DNA of 63,962 bases, counting the filler, from an uncultured Myxococcia bacterium (GTDB lineage Bacteria > CAZTWC01): NCBI GenBank assembly GCA_964617105.1. It is 8 parts of 8 records of this genome, joined end to end, with 100 filler letters (N's around TTAATTAATTAA, not from the genome) between each part and the next. Parts side by side here need not be neighbours in the genome. Positions count along the whole stretch, not along the records: positions 8,242 to 16,377 come from CAZTWC010000163.1; positions 16,478 to 24,589 come from CAZTWC010000164.1; 6 more parts are not named here. One strand, given 5' to 3'. Each line of letters begins with the position of its first letter. Positions within the stretch are counted from its first letter, which is position 1. Shown here piece after piece: positions 11,810-23,416 of the stretch. The notes beneath the pieces were generated by a model that saw nothing but the letters and a program-made list of their open reading frames with translations, was not told where the DNA came from and ran no database searches. Position numbers and translations under genes: made by a program.

Positions 11810-11858
11810 TTCTATAAATCTCCTCTAAGCCTCCAGAGAAAGTTTTTACAACGTAATG

Positions 11859-14800
11859 TTAGTTTTCCGGTGCAGATTTTACCACCCGAATCTCCACTCT
11901 GCGGTTACGCAGCCTACCCCGAGCAGTATCGTTGCGGTCGAGGGGTTGGGTATCGCCAAACCCCTTAATATATATTTTTTTCTTATCTATCCCTTTGGCA
12001 ACCAGAAAATCCCTGAACACCATTGTTCGCCAGACCGATATCTTGTGGTTATATTCGGGATCAGTTCCCACCCGGTCAGAGTGTCCCAGAATCCACAACT
12101 CGTTCCACTGGTTTTCCTGCAGCCACTTTACCATCTCCTCAATTTGAGGATGATAATAGGCTAAAATATCGGTTTGATTGTATTCAAAGTGGATACATTT
12201 GGCGAAAATATCCTCACCCTTACATATCTTGTAGTAAAAGTTTGGATCAAACTCAACGGTTTCTGGTTTTTCTTTCCCGGCTCCATTTTTCTCTTTAGAC
12301 TCGACTGCCGCCGGCTTTTCAGCCGCATCCTGGGGTATCTTATCGGGACAACCGTCCTCATCTTCGTGCTGGTTATAGTTCTCCGGTTCCAGAGGGCACT
12401 TGTCCTTGAGATCAACTATTTTATCTTCATCAGCATCCTCTTCCGGACAACCGTCTTCATCAGCCACTTTGTCTTTATCTTCAGGCTCCAGAGGGCATTT
12501 GTCCAATTCATCTTTAATGCCGTCCCGGTCAGCATCAATATCCGGACAACCATCGCCATCCTCAACCCCGTCATAATCCTCTTTTTTATTGGGACATTTA
12601 TCATAGGTATCGAGAATATTATCTTGGTCGTTATCAACATCGGGACAGCCGTCTTGATCCTGAAAGTTATCCCTGTCTTCCGGTTTATTGGGGCAGCCAT
12701 CCACAGGGTCAGGAATTTTATCCTGATCGTTGTCTTTATCGGGACAGCCGTCTTGATCCTGAAAGTTATCCATATCTTCCGGCTGCAATGGACACCTGTC
12801 TAGATCATCGATTAAGCCGTCCTTGTCGCTATCTTTTATTAATGTATAATAGGACAGACCGGCAAAAATACGCCAATTGGCGGTGCCTATTCCCGATTGC
12901 AAAGCCTTGGCTGCTCCAGCAGTTAAATGGATATTTTTACTAACTTGATATTTTGCCGCCAACACCAGTTCCAACGGGTTGGTGATGGTTTTTTTAAAGG
13001 GCGACCGGGCTGCAGTTGCCCCCAACAACTCTCCCAGAACTGTTACCTGGTGATTTTTTAGCCAGGACAAAGGCAACTTATATCTGGCCGAGGCTTTGTA
13101 TATCAACATATCTTCCAACTGCATTGTATAAGAATCCACCCCCCGGGGAGTTCGGTATCCCAGGTTGAAGGCGGTGGCGCCCCAGGCAAATTTTTTAGTT
13201 GCTGCCAGGCCGATCTCTCCCTGCAAATTGGGATCTCCCCCATACCTGTCCTTATTGCCCACCGGTAAAACCAATGTTCCCAAAGCAGCCAGGTCCAATC
13301 CCCAATTTTTTTGAACCCAAAAAACCAATTTTTGTTTCAGATGAATATCTCCCAAACCCTCAGATTCAATTTCGCCGGTATTTTTTGCCAGTCTAAGTCC
13401 CTGTTGGTGTAAAATCAACGGTGCAGAAACCCCAAATTCCCAATAATCGGTAAGAGAGAAACAAAAGATAAGGTGTGAAGAAACCCGGTAATCAACCAGA
13501 TTTCGAATGGTCTCACCCTGGGCATTCAACTTAAGGGGCAAATGAAGGTAGTTGAGCAGCAGTCCCAGGTGATAATTAAATTTTGGCAAACTATCGCCGC
13601 TATCAGTATATATCGGCCCCAGCGGTCCCAGAGCCGGACGGAACAGTTCAATATCTACGCTCTCATCTTCAGCCGCTGCGACTTTTACTCCTGTATAGCC
13701 CGTTACCAACAGAGTAAACAATAGAAAAAAAAATAAAAACCTCGATTTATGCGCACTGGAGGCAACCGGGAACATCCTGGCTCTAAAATTGATCCAGCGA
13801 CCAATAACTATAACCAGCCACAAAATCAGCAAAGTATAGAAAATTTTATTCTCTTCCAACCCTACTCCCGATGATATTTGACTGCAGGAACAGCCGATAT
13901 CCCCACCCAGGGGAATGGCGCCTCTTTCCAGACGACCAGTAAAATCATCCGCCTTTAAAGTGGGATCGGTCTTATCGAGTTTTACCTCCTCCCAGTCATA
14001 AGCACCGCCATTATCGCTGTCCTGGTCTCGAAAATCTGGCAGGCCGTCGCCATCGGAATCACGGGGAGAGGCGGGATCATCACCCACCTCGTTTTTATCC
14101 AGCAACTCCTCCAGGGTCATCTCCAGACTATCATTATCAGAGTCCAAATCCAAATAATCGGGCTGGCCATCCCCATCCTGGTCGTGAGGCTTTTCCACCA
14201 TTTTGGCGCCCTCTTCTTCCGGCCCATTCTCACTGTTTCCTTCACCATCCTCTTTGGCGGTATCCTGGATAATACCCGGCCCCCAGGCTTCTAACTTATC
14301 ACCAATGCCATCGCCATCAGAGTCCTGATCTCGAAAATCGGGAACCAGGTCGCCATCGCTGTCGCGAATCTCCCCTTTTTGCCCCGCCTTCTCCCCGGCT
14401 CCACCACTTTTTGGATTCTCTGATTCAGCGCTGGCATCACTGTTTTTTTGAATTTCTGCCTTTCCGTTAGCATCCTCATGGGCCTCGATTTTATCGGACA
14501 AAGTATCGTTGTCACTGTCCAAATCCAGATAATCGGGCCTTCCATCACCGTCACAGTCAACCGGCGCCTCTACCGTTTTGCATACTTTGCCAAACAGTTC
14601 CTGATGCCCCTCAGGAATAAACCCCTCCAAATGATCGCCAATACTGTCCCCGTCACTGTCTAGATCCAAAGCATCTATAATGCCATCGCCATCAGCATCA
14701 AAACCCTTCTCCTGGCCTATACTTTCTTGCGCCTCAGCCACCCCATCCAGATCCTGCCAATTACAGACAGCACTATTGCCTATTTTCATACACTCCATTA

Positions 14801-16345
14801 TCTGGTCTTTATCTTCGTCTAAAAGCAACTTGCGGTAAGGATCGGTTTCCTGCTTATCGCTAAGACCGTCACCATCGCTGTCAGCCTGAGTGCAAGAGGT
14901 GGCCAGCAAACTTATCTCCAGCCAGTTTGCCAGAGAATCCTTATCTATATCACCAACTCCCAGGCAATCGTCATCCCCCTTATTGGGATCGGTTTCGTCC
15001 TGATCGACCAGGCCGTCACGGTTATAATCTTCCATGCCATCGGCCACCCCGCCCTGGTCAGAATCCACCATTAAAGGCCAGGTGGTGCTGGACTTATCCT
15101 GATCTCCAACAAAAAATCCCTTATTAAGGTCCGTATCCTGGCCAGCAATTTCCTTCCCCGCTTCCAAGCCATCGGGCAATTGGTCATTGTCACTGTCTGG
15201 ATCTAAAAGATTTATTAGCCCATCGCCATCCGAATCTATACTGGGATTGTGCTCCTCCCCGTCCAACAACCCATCGTCATCGCTATCACTGTCTTGAGGG
15301 TTCGATTTGAGTAAATTTTCTTCAGCATCACTCAATCCATCTTTATCCTGATCCGCTGGAATCTGCAGGTCATCAGCACTATCATCCGGGTTGGTTTCAT
15401 TGCTATCTACCGCCCCATTGTGATTTGCATCTTCAGCCCCGTCAGCAACCCCGCCATCATCAGTGTCCTTAAGATTCGGATTAGTAGTGGTGGCTCCCTG
15501 GTCTTTATCTGGCACAAAAAAACCTTTGCTCTTATCAGTTCCCAAAATTGCGCCGTCTGCCTTAACCGCCTGATAAATTCCGGTTTCGGTGCCGTCTAAT
15601 ATCCCGTCATTATCACTGTCAGGATCGAGTCCATTGTTCAGTCCATCCTGGTCTTTATCGTTGAACTGCCTGGCCACAGTCAGGCATTGGTTTGCCTGGG
15701 CCTCTTGGACCAAATCGACAGAGAGAGTGTCAGACTCCTGCCCATCCTTTAGACCGTCATCATCACTGTCTTGGTCCAAGGGATTGAGAAAATATTCTAC
15801 TTCCTGGCCATCCAAAACCCCATCACAGTCGCTGTCACTGTTTTTGGGGTCGGTTTTAAAAATCCCGGTTTCATCAATATTACTCAGCCCGTCACTATCA
15901 GGGTCACCCATAGGACCGTCATGATCTTCCTGGTCCAGATAATCAGGAATCCCGTCACAGTCTAAATCCTGTATAGATTCATCTTTATCTGGATTACCAT
16001 CATTGTCAGCATCCAGATCCAAATAATCGGGAACCCCATCCTGATCACTGTCTTTGGCAACATCGCAAGCGGCAGCCTGCTTGGGCTGACATTTACAGGT
16101 ATGGATTCCCCGCTGGCGCCAATCCTGGGAAGTGGTACATTCTCTGACCAGGCCGCGACATTCATCACCATCGGAGATGCCATCGCCATCAGAATCTTTA
16201 TCCACAAAGTCAGGCTTCTGGTCCTTATCGCTGTCCCTTGGCTGACCTCCAGCAGTACCCAGGCCGCTCTCTTGCCGATCAGAGAGTCCATCACCGTCAG
16301 AATCATCATCCACCACATCGTCATAACCATCCCCATCCAGGTCGG
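11859..16345 (-). CDS. Giant OmpA-family protein: DxDxDG/TSP3 Ca-binding repeats, internal Cys-sorting/TM segment, beta-barrel, TSP3 repeats and C-terminal OmpA peptidoglycan-binding domain (TraB/AgmC-like); 5' truncated
   Basis: Dozens of DSDxDG repeats; GGDIGCSC followed by two hydrophobic stretches; barrel-like region; DxCPxxPEDxDxxxDxDGCP repeats; GHSD..YNHKIS..RNRRVEI. Confidence 0.88.
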
Positions 16346-16477
16346 AAGATGATTCTGACGGTGATGGACTCTCTGATNNNNNNNNNNNNNNNNNNNNNNN
16401 NNNNNNNNNNNNNNNNNNNNNTTAATTAATTAANNNNNNNNNNNNNNNNNNNNNNNNNNNNNNNNNNNNNNNNNNNN

Positions 16478-18051
16478 TGCTTTAATCTGTATTTCTGGAC
16501 ATCACTTCCTTTGTATATAGGTTCCATTCCATTATCTCTGGTGCCGCTGACAAATTTTTTATTGTCCCCAGTAACTATCCCCAAAGCCCACTCCGCTTGA
16601 CCTTTCAAGGTTATGTGCGGTTTATTGAATACTGTTTTCAAAATCTCAAAATCCTGCTCAGACATGGAAACATCAAATACAAAATTACTATTTTCCCAAA
16701 ACCTGGACTGGGAGATGGTGTAGGTTGGTTTTTGGGGAGGGGAAATTGTAATCTTCCAATTATCCGGGATTTTAGCCTTGAATATATCAATCCTGATAAC
16801 TGGAGTAAAAACCCCTTTGAACCTTCTTCCCAAATCATAGATAGCATCTATAGCAGTGTGGTTTAGTATATGTCCTCTAATATCAGAATGAATTTTTACA
16901 TTTAAGATAGACTCGGGCAGAATAAATGATATGTGCCCCCCCTCCTCTATCAGATCAATCGATTTTGATAAAAACCAGGAAAATGATTCGCCTGAAGTTA
17001 TATGAGGAAATAAATGGTGGTATTTATCTTCATCATTTTTTGGGGTTGATGATCCCCAGGGAGGGTTGGTAGCAATTAGTTTAAACGAATTTCTCAAATT
17101 ATTGGTTTTGCAAAACCTGGCCCCATTTGCCACCTCTGTGAGAAAATTTGATCTGAATATCTTTGGAGTAAACTCCTGGTCAGGAAATGCCAAAAGCAGG
17201 TTGATTCTGGCAATACGAACGGCTATCCCGTCAATATCATAGCCATGTATCTTATCTGGTGTAAAAAATGCTGATCTGGCTGCGCCCAAAAGAAATTGTC
17301 CGGTTCCACAACAGGGATCAAGAAAATCACCGCCCTGGGTGCCGTATTCACGAAAAATGGAGTCAACTATATCTTTTGGGGTGTAATAGGAACCCTGTTT
17401 CGATTTAGATCCCTCTTGTAACAGAGATTGATAAATGATCCCAATGGTGTCGTCATGGGATATATCGGTTAAGGCGTTATATATTTTTATATATGCTGGA
17501 TTTTTACCATGTTTATCAATTTCCAAGCGGTTTTCCCTGGTCCAGTCATATATCTCCTGTTTGACAGAATTACGTTTCCAATTAGAGTATCTTTCCAGAT
17601 CAAACAGGTTTTCATCTTTACATAGTGATTGTTTACCAGAAGATTGTTCGGCAGGAGGTAGTTCATCAGACCGAGATACCTCATCCAGGATAACCAACTG
17701 CTTTATGGCCAAAACCAATAAAGTTGTTTCAAGATCTATTGAATGGCTTAAAAATATATCTCGAATATTTTCTATTTCTTCAACCAAAACATGATCATTT
17801 ATATATTCATCAGGAATAAATGAGTGAGCCGATTTTATTTTATTGGCTCTCTTTCTGAGGCGATCTATCTCACCCGATTCAATTCGCTGTTGTAGAGAAA
17901 AAATCTCATTTTCTATGAAATTGCTTTTAGTATTTTTGATGGGGTGTAGATAGCCATTCTTAACCCAATTTCGCACAGTGGCCTCTGATACATTTAGTAT
18001 TTCAGAAGCCTGTTTTATGGTAATGACCGTCACCTCACCTCCAGCTTCCAT
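16478..18051 (-). CDS. N6-adenine DNA methyltransferase with N-terminal excisionase-like HTH (TaqI-like), 3' truncated
   Basis: ITIKQASEILNVSEATVRNW HTH; GSYYTP, LDPCCGTGQFL, NPPW motifs; C-terminal LGIVTGDNKKF. Confidence 0.88.
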
Positions 18052-18272
18052 CTCTCTTTTTTGTCAATATCCCCAGAACCGGCTCCCTTTAGCAGACTCG
18101 CATGCTTTCATTTCACACACATTTATCGAATTGGCAAGTAAAATAATATGATTGTGACATGGTCGAAATACTCTAACATTCCTCTATCATATTTATCAAA
18201 TATTTGATATAGTAATTATAAAGTATAATAATTGTGTTACCATCAATATGTTACCCTATAAGGAGAATTAAA

Positions 18273-18746
18273 ATGACCACAACAACTGAAACTTCTTTTA
18301 CCGCTCAATCCCTTTTCAGCAGTCTGACTACTGACCAGGTGGCTGCTATCAGTTCTTTTTCTTCAGTTAAAGAGTTTGATGCTGGACAAGTTGTGTACCA
18401 GTACAACCATCCTGCTAATTTTCTCTTTGCCTTGCTGGAAGGATCGGTGGCCCTCAGGAAGCCAGCAGGCGCTCAAAAGGATTTTTCTGTTATTATAGAC
18501 CGGGTAAATCCTGGCGGGATATTTGGAGCAACTTTACTCTTCGGCCAACCGCGCTACCTTTTGGAGGCCCAGGCGTTAACCAATTCTAAAATCATGTTTA
18601 TCGAATCTGAAGCCTTCAAAAGCCTACTTGAAAAAGATTTGATCGTAGGCAATGCCATCATGCAAAAATTAGGCATTACATATTATAATCGCTATATAGA
18701 AGTTATGAAAAAAATAGGAAAAATAATCGCCGACCTGGAAGATTGA
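18273..18746 (+). CDS. Cyclic nucleotide-binding domain protein (Crp-like sensor without a clear HTH)
   Basis: LFSSLT..FDAGQVVY..LLEGSV..PGGIFG; AGGAG RBS before the ATG at 18273. Confidence 0.8.
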   Translation: MTTTTETSFTAQSLFSSLTTDQVAAISSFSSVKEFDAGQVVYQYNHPANFLFALLEGSVALRKPAGAQKDFSVIIDRVNPGGIFGATLLFGQPRYLLEAQALTNSKIMFIESEAFKSLLEKDLIVGNAIMQKLGITYYNRYIEVMKKIGKIIADLED

Positions 18747-18780
18747 TAAATTTGCCGGATTTTCAGGCACATCTAACCTG

Positions 18781-18815
18781 GTTCCCGTCCGAAAACCCCC
18801 TTCTCGGACGGGGAC
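18781..18815. terminator. GC-rich hairpin between convergent genes
   Basis: CCCGTCCGA...TCGGACGGG inverted repeat. Confidence 0.55.
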
Positions 18816-18911
18816 TAATCAGCCAACATTCAATTCCATATCCACCAGCATCTGAATAATTTCTTCGGCATTTTGCACCGCGTTGCCAGCATAGTGATGT
18901 TCCTACGTAGA

Positions 18912-19157
18912 TCACTGGTTCTTTTCAGCCCCATACTCTAAGGCTAAATCCACGCAGTCTTGTACGGTTTCCACCTGCTCGATTCTGTCCAGGGGAATTT
19001 TTATGCCATAACGTTCCTGGATAGTCATATAAAGGTCGGCCATTAGCAAAGAATCGTAACCCAGGTTGTTCTGCAAGTGGGAATCCGGACTAATCTCTTC
19101 CGGGGGCATATTCAGCGCCTCGCCGATAATTTCAATAACTTGTTTGGTAATATCCAT
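18912..19157 (-). CDS. Acyl carrier protein
   Basis: 81 aa, acidic, LGYDSL phosphopantetheinylation motif. Confidence 0.92.
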   Translation of the reverse strand: MDITKQVIEIIGEALNMPPEEISPDSHLQNNLGYDSLLMADLYMTIQERYGIKIPLDRIEQVETVQDCVDLALEYGAEKNQ

Positions 19158-19194
19158 AACTCCTCCCTATTGTAGATTTATATATATATTAATG

Positions 19195-21015
19195 TTATAG
19201 CGGCCGGTGATGATTCCAATAAAAAGCCAGCCAGGTTTTTATAAAATTAATCCTATTGAAAATAATATTAAAACTAAACCAACTACCCTGAAGCCTTTGG
19301 CTAAGGTAAAGTTTTTTGGTATTCAACCGCTGCTTCTTTCCTGAAGTGGTTTTGGGCAAAGAATAGAGGGGTAAAAATATCACCTCATCGATTCTGCACC
19401 CGGTCATCGCCTGAACATGTTTGATGATTTCGTTCTTGTATAATGCTGACGCCATCGAGTTATAGCCTCGAAGTTCAACCGCTAAAATAATTTTTTCAGT
19501 CCCCCTGCCCTCTTCTGCTACAGTAAAAGCCACTGCTTTGGCAGGTTTTATATCATATTTTCCAACAAATTTTATTCCCCCAATCGCTTGTCCCCTAAGT
19601 TCGGCCAAACAGTTTTCAACGTCATCGGGATAATAGTTTTTCCCCCCTTTAATCATTATCTCTTTTTCCCGGCCGGTAATATACAATTCTTTATCAGCCA
19701 GGTACCCCAGGTCGCCGGTGTTGAAAAATCCTTTTTGTATTGAATCCAGGGTGGCTTTAGCGTCCTTATAATATCCTTTCATTAGAGATTCTGACTTGAC
19801 CTTTATAAATCCCACCTGCCTTTCGGGTAAAAGTTTACCAGTTTTACTTTCCACCCGGAGTTCAACTCCCGGCAAAGGACGGCCGCAGGAGACAATAGTC
19901 ATAGTCCTGCCAGTTCCACGGCTGGAAACTGTTTGGGCTTTTCCTTGTTCCAGCAGTAATTTTCTATCTATATAATCGTTTTTTCTTTCACCATGCCTGG
20001 AGATAGAAACTGCCAAAGTACATTCAGCCAGGCCATAGGCGGGAAGCAGACAACTATCCTTAAGACCCCAGCGGGAAAAAAACCGGACAAACCTGGCCAT
20101 GGTCTTGTCCTGAACCTGTTCGGCTCCAATAATAATACTCTCCAGACAACTCAGATCCACCTGATCCAAATCGGTTTCTTTGAGGCGCGACACACTGTAG
20201 GCCAGTCCAAAGTTGGGCATGGCGCAGGCATTTATACGAAATTTTGAGATGGTTTGGTAAAAAAGGGCTGGTTTAAATAAAAATAGTTCGGGTGACATCA
20301 AAAACATTTTGAACCGAAATAAAAATGGATAGATCATACAACTGATCAGTCCCATGTCGTGGTACAGAGGCAGCCAGGAGATCCCCTTCTTATTTTGAGA
20401 CATGTGAGTCGCAGATTCAATCATGGCAGACTGTTTAAACAGGTGTCGATTGGTAATCTCCACTCCCCGGGGTTGCGAAGTGCTTCCCGAGGTAAATTGC
20501 AACAGGGCAGTTGAATCTTCGCTGATTTTAGTACCAGGAAAATCATTGGCTGGCGGATTTTCAACTGGCTGACCCGGTTTGGATAGCAATTGATCCACCA
20601 CCTGTATATGACTTACCTGGAGATGAGATTTTAAAGGGTCAATTTTTGAGGCCATCTGTCTGTCTGTCAAGATAATCTTACTTCCACTAGCCTGTAAAAT
20701 ACTGTTTAACCGCCGGGAAAATTTACTACTTTCTCCAGAAGATTGTTGCCCTGCGCAGGGGGAAGGTAAATGACCAGCCAGCAAAACCCCAAAATAGGCG
20801 TAATAAAAATCGATACTATTAGTAAAAATGAGCATCACTGGCGTTCCAGAGGGCAACGATATATCTTTAAAAAAACTTGCCACTGCCGCTGCGCCATTAA
20901 AAATATCCCGATAGGTATAGATATGGTTTTTACGAGGGCCGATAAATTCTACCACCTCCTCCTGGCCATAAAGGCGGACATATTCAAGCAAGCACAGACT
21001 AAGATTTTTTTCCAT
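19195..21015 (-). CDS. Fatty acyl-AMP ligase (FAAL)
   Basis: LQFTSGSTSQPRGV, SWLPLYHDMGLI, YGLAECTLAV, FAAL-type insertion before VSCGRP, TGDLGY, LPKTTSGK. Confidence 0.9.
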   Translation of the reverse strand: MEKNLSLCLLEYVRLYGQEEVVEFIGPRKNHIYTYRDIFNGAAAVASFFKDISLPSGTPVMLIFTNSIDFYYAYFGVLLAGHLPSPCAGQQSSGESSKFSRRLNSILQASGSKIILTDRQMASKIDPLKSHLQVSHIQVVDQLLSKPGQPVENPPANDFPGTKISEDSTALLQFTSGSTSQPRGVEITNRHLFKQSAMIESATHMSQNKKGISWLPLYHDMGLISCMIYPFLFRFKMFLMSPELFLFKPALFYQTISKFRINACAMPNFGLAYSVSRLKETDLDQVDLSCLESIIIGAEQVQDKTMARFVRFFSRWGLKDSCLLPAYGLAECTLAVSISRHGERKNDYIDRKLLLEQGKAQTVSSRGTGRTMTIVSCGRPLPGVELRVESKTGKLLPERQVGFIKVKSESLMKGYYKDAKATLDSIQKGFFNTGDLGYLADKELYITGREKEIMIKGGKNYYPDDVENCLAELRGQAIGGIKFVGKYDIKPAKAVAFTVAEEGRGTEKIILAVELRGYNSMASALYKNEIIKHVQAMTGCRIDEVIFLPLYSLPKTTSGKKQRLNTKKLYLSQRLQGSWFSFNIIFNRINFIKTWLAFYWNHHRPL

Positions 21016-22333
21016 CAGTATACATTCCCATCTTTACATACATTGGGGTATCTTCACCTTTGTCCCATCCGGACACCACCTTTTCAGCATGCTCCCGCGG
21101 CAGAGGCGTAGTGGTAATCTGGTTCTCTTTCATATATTTATTTATTGCAGGACCGTATTCAGAGCAGAGCCACTTGACCCCGGGCTTTTTAAAATGGTTC
21201 CGCATCCGTTCCCATATAACCGAAAAATCCTCTTCCTGCACATTACCAAAAGATACATTTAGAAACTCGCAAGGTTGAACCTCGCCGCTGTGACCCAGAT
21301 AAAACCGGTCTATTCCACCGGCAGTGCAGCCGTAGTGATTTTTTGCTTCCTCAAAAACCTGAACCGATACTGATGGATAGTCGCTATAATTGGGATCAGT
21401 ATTGTATTGAAGGTGCATTTTTTTCAAGTAATCTATGTCATTATTAAGGTTGATAATATCTTCCTGGTTGTCCAACCAACCGCCCGATTCTTTGGAGTGG
21501 ATCATTTGAACAAAGCAACAGTTCCACTCCCGGGCCAGGTCCATCATCTTCTCTACTCCGCCCGATCTCAAAGCCTCCTGGTTGAGGCAACAATTCATAC
21601 AGGTTGCAATTCCAGCCTGGTTGAATAAAGCAAAAGCCTGTCTGGCTTTGTCAAAAGCACCCTCGTGGCCCACAAATTGGTCAAACTTTTCCGGCAGGAA
21701 GTGGTGCGTTGAGATCATGGCTCCAAAAACCCCCACTCGTTTTAAGGTAATGGCCTTCTCCAAAGTCAAATTATAGCCATTGGTGTTAATCCAAACCTCG
21801 GTTCGGTTGTCGATATTGGCCACATATTCAACCAGGCGGGCAAATTTCAGCAGAGGCTCACCGCCCTCAATATCGGCAAAGGCCAGCCGTCTGTCCTGCA
21901 TCTGGTGGGTCACTTCTATAAGCCGCTCCAGGGGCATTTCCTTGCCGCTGTCCATCTTTTGATAGCAATGCGGGCATTTGTAGGCACAGGCTTTGGTAAT
22001 TCCAATCACCACCGAGGCGCATCCTGGTTCATCATCGGTTGAGGCAAACTTGTCGCATACCTGCCAAAAAGAGGGTTGGGGAAATGCCGCCAACCATAAT
22101 TCCATTTTGACCCGGTTGCCAATCCGGACAAACTTATTACTAGAAAAGGTTTCTTTTAATAAAAACAGTCTTTTTAGAAGGGTAAAATAGTTTTTCCAGG
22201 GAATTTTTCCAATGATCAACAAAAAGGTGTACCTTAAGAATATGGTCAAATTGAGGATCATTTTAAATAGTATTATTTTATAACCCTTAAGAAATTCATA
22301 GTTAAGACCATTTTGCTGATTAGCCATTATCAT
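20999..22333 (-). CDS. Radical SAM / SPASM-Twitch domain protein
   Basis: CAYKCPHC (CX3CX2C), GGEPLL, NTNG; C-terminal CTAG..GEVQPC..GNV; hydrophobic N-terminus. Confidence 0.9.
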   Translation of the reverse strand: MIMANQQNGLNYEFLKGYKIILFKMILNLTIFLRYTFLLIIGKIPWKNYFTLLKRLFLLKETFSSNKFVRIGNRVKMELWLAAFPQPSFWQVCDKFASTDDEPGCASVVIGITKACAYKCPHCYQKMDSGKEMPLERLIEVTHQMQDRRLAFADIEGGEPLLKFARLVEYVANIDNRTEVWINTNGYNLTLEKAITLKRVGVFGAMISTHHFLPEKFDQFVGHEGAFDKARQAFALFNQAGIATCMNCCLNQEALRSGGVEKMMDLAREWNCCFVQMIHSKESGGWLDNQEDIINLNNDIDYLKKMHLQYNTDPNYSDYPSVSVQVFEEAKNHYGCTAGGIDRFYLGHSGEVQPCEFLNVSFGNVQEEDFSVIWERMRNHFKKPGVKWLCSEYGPAINKYMKENQITTTPLPREHAEKVVSGWDKGEDTPMYVKMGMYTDGKKS

Positions 22334-22342
22334 TCCTTTCTA

Positions 22343-23410
22343 TCATAAACCTATCTGATTAAAATACTCTATCATCTTTAACATATATTGGCGATGATCA
22401 CTATACTGGCGTGGGTCGATCCTTTTCTGCTCCAATTTTATCAGTCCCATATTATCTGCCATCTCTCCTTTGAGAACCTTTTCCCGGCAAGATTCAAAAT
22501 CATACTCTTTGGGAACCAGGTATATCCCCTCGCCTTCTGTAGCCAAAGCAATTGGGGTAAAGGGATAGGCACTGGCTTCCAGTTTGGCAGCCGAAAAGAG
22601 CAGTTCATATTCTCCAGCACCGCCAAAAGCCAGTAGTTGGTGGGGGATTTTAAAAGCATCGGTTACGTTCTTACTCACCTGGCAAAAGGGAACCGATTTT
22701 AAATCGATAATTATTGCCTTTCTATTCATTTGGCTAAGGATCTCCAACGAACGGATAACTCCATCACTAGTGTCGATGCAGGTGGAACTTTTTCCTCGTA
22801 TAAAAGCCGATTCTGTTACCCGGCACTCAAAGGTAGGGGTAAAAAAACTGTCAGGAAACCGGCTAGTAACTTTTTCCCCGTCAGATTTTGCCATTAAAGC
22901 CAGTAATGCCGCGCGATTACCATGACCGACATCACCACTTATAAAGATGGTTTCGCCCGAAGACAGCCTATCACGTCTCATCAGGTGCTGCTTTTTAACC
23001 TGGCCTATTGCAGCGCCAGTATAGTGCCACCTATCAGCAACCCCAACATCACCACCAATAAAATGGCTGTTGCATTCCAGCATAACATCTCTGATCCCTT
23101 TGGCGATACCTCTTACCATGGGAGCCTCAAAATTATGAGCAGCGGTAAAAGAGTGGGAAAAAAACATTGGAGTGGCGCCTACGGCCAAGAGATCACTAAT
23201 AGTGGCTACAGCCAAATTCCAACCCAGCAGATACGGATTTTGGGAAGAAAAATAATCTTCACCCTCCGAAAAATCATCTATACTAAAGGCTAATAATTTT
23301 CCTCCAAACTTGATAATTTCTGCATCAGTTTCAAATTCCCGGTTCATTTGTTCCCCAGATCGAGGTAGGGAGTTGCAAAAAATTCGGATAATCTCTTCTT
23401 CACCTAACAT
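22343..23410 (-). CDS. ThiL-like (thiamine-monophosphate kinase / PurM superfamily) ATP-dependent kinase
   Basis: GEEEII, AVATISDLLAVGATP, IGGDV, CIDTSDG, GEYELLF motifs. Confidence 0.8.
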   Translation of the reverse strand: MLGEEEIIRIFCNSLPRSGEQMNREFETDAEIIKFGGKLLAFSIDDFSEGEDYFSSQNPYLLGWNLAVATISDLLAVGATPMFFSHSFTAAHNFEAPMVRGIAKGIRDVMLECNSHFIGGDVGVADRWHYTGAAIGQVKKQHLMRRDRLSSGETIFISGDVGHGNRAALLALMAKSDGEKVTSRFPDSFFTPTFECRVTESAFIRGKSSTCIDTSDGVIRSLEILSQMNRKAIIIDLKSVPFCQVSKNVTDAFKIPHQLLAFGGAGEYELLFSAAKLEASAYPFTPIALATEGEGIYLVPKEYDFESCREKVLKGEMADNMGLIKLEQKRIDPRQYSDHRQYMLKMIEYFNQIGL

Positions 23411-23416
23411 TGAGAA

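Noticed and set aside
6640-16345. Repetitive DNA in the Cys-rich and DxDxDG-rich genes as a CRISPR or other non-coding array
   Set aside because: The repeats are degenerate at codon third positions and encode protein repeats; no constant repeat-spacer array or cas gene was seen anywhere in the window.
16278-16377. Perfect 30-bp inverted repeat at the 5' end of the OmpA gene
   Set aside because: 16348-16377 is the reverse complement of 16278-16307 exactly at a contig end, typical of a fold-back chimeric read or assembly artefact.
18816-18911. Possible DUF72 C-terminal remnant (HHYAGNAVQNAEEII) downstream of the ACP gene
   Set aside because: Too short to support by eye; at most a hint that the lipid operon inserted into or replaced another gene.
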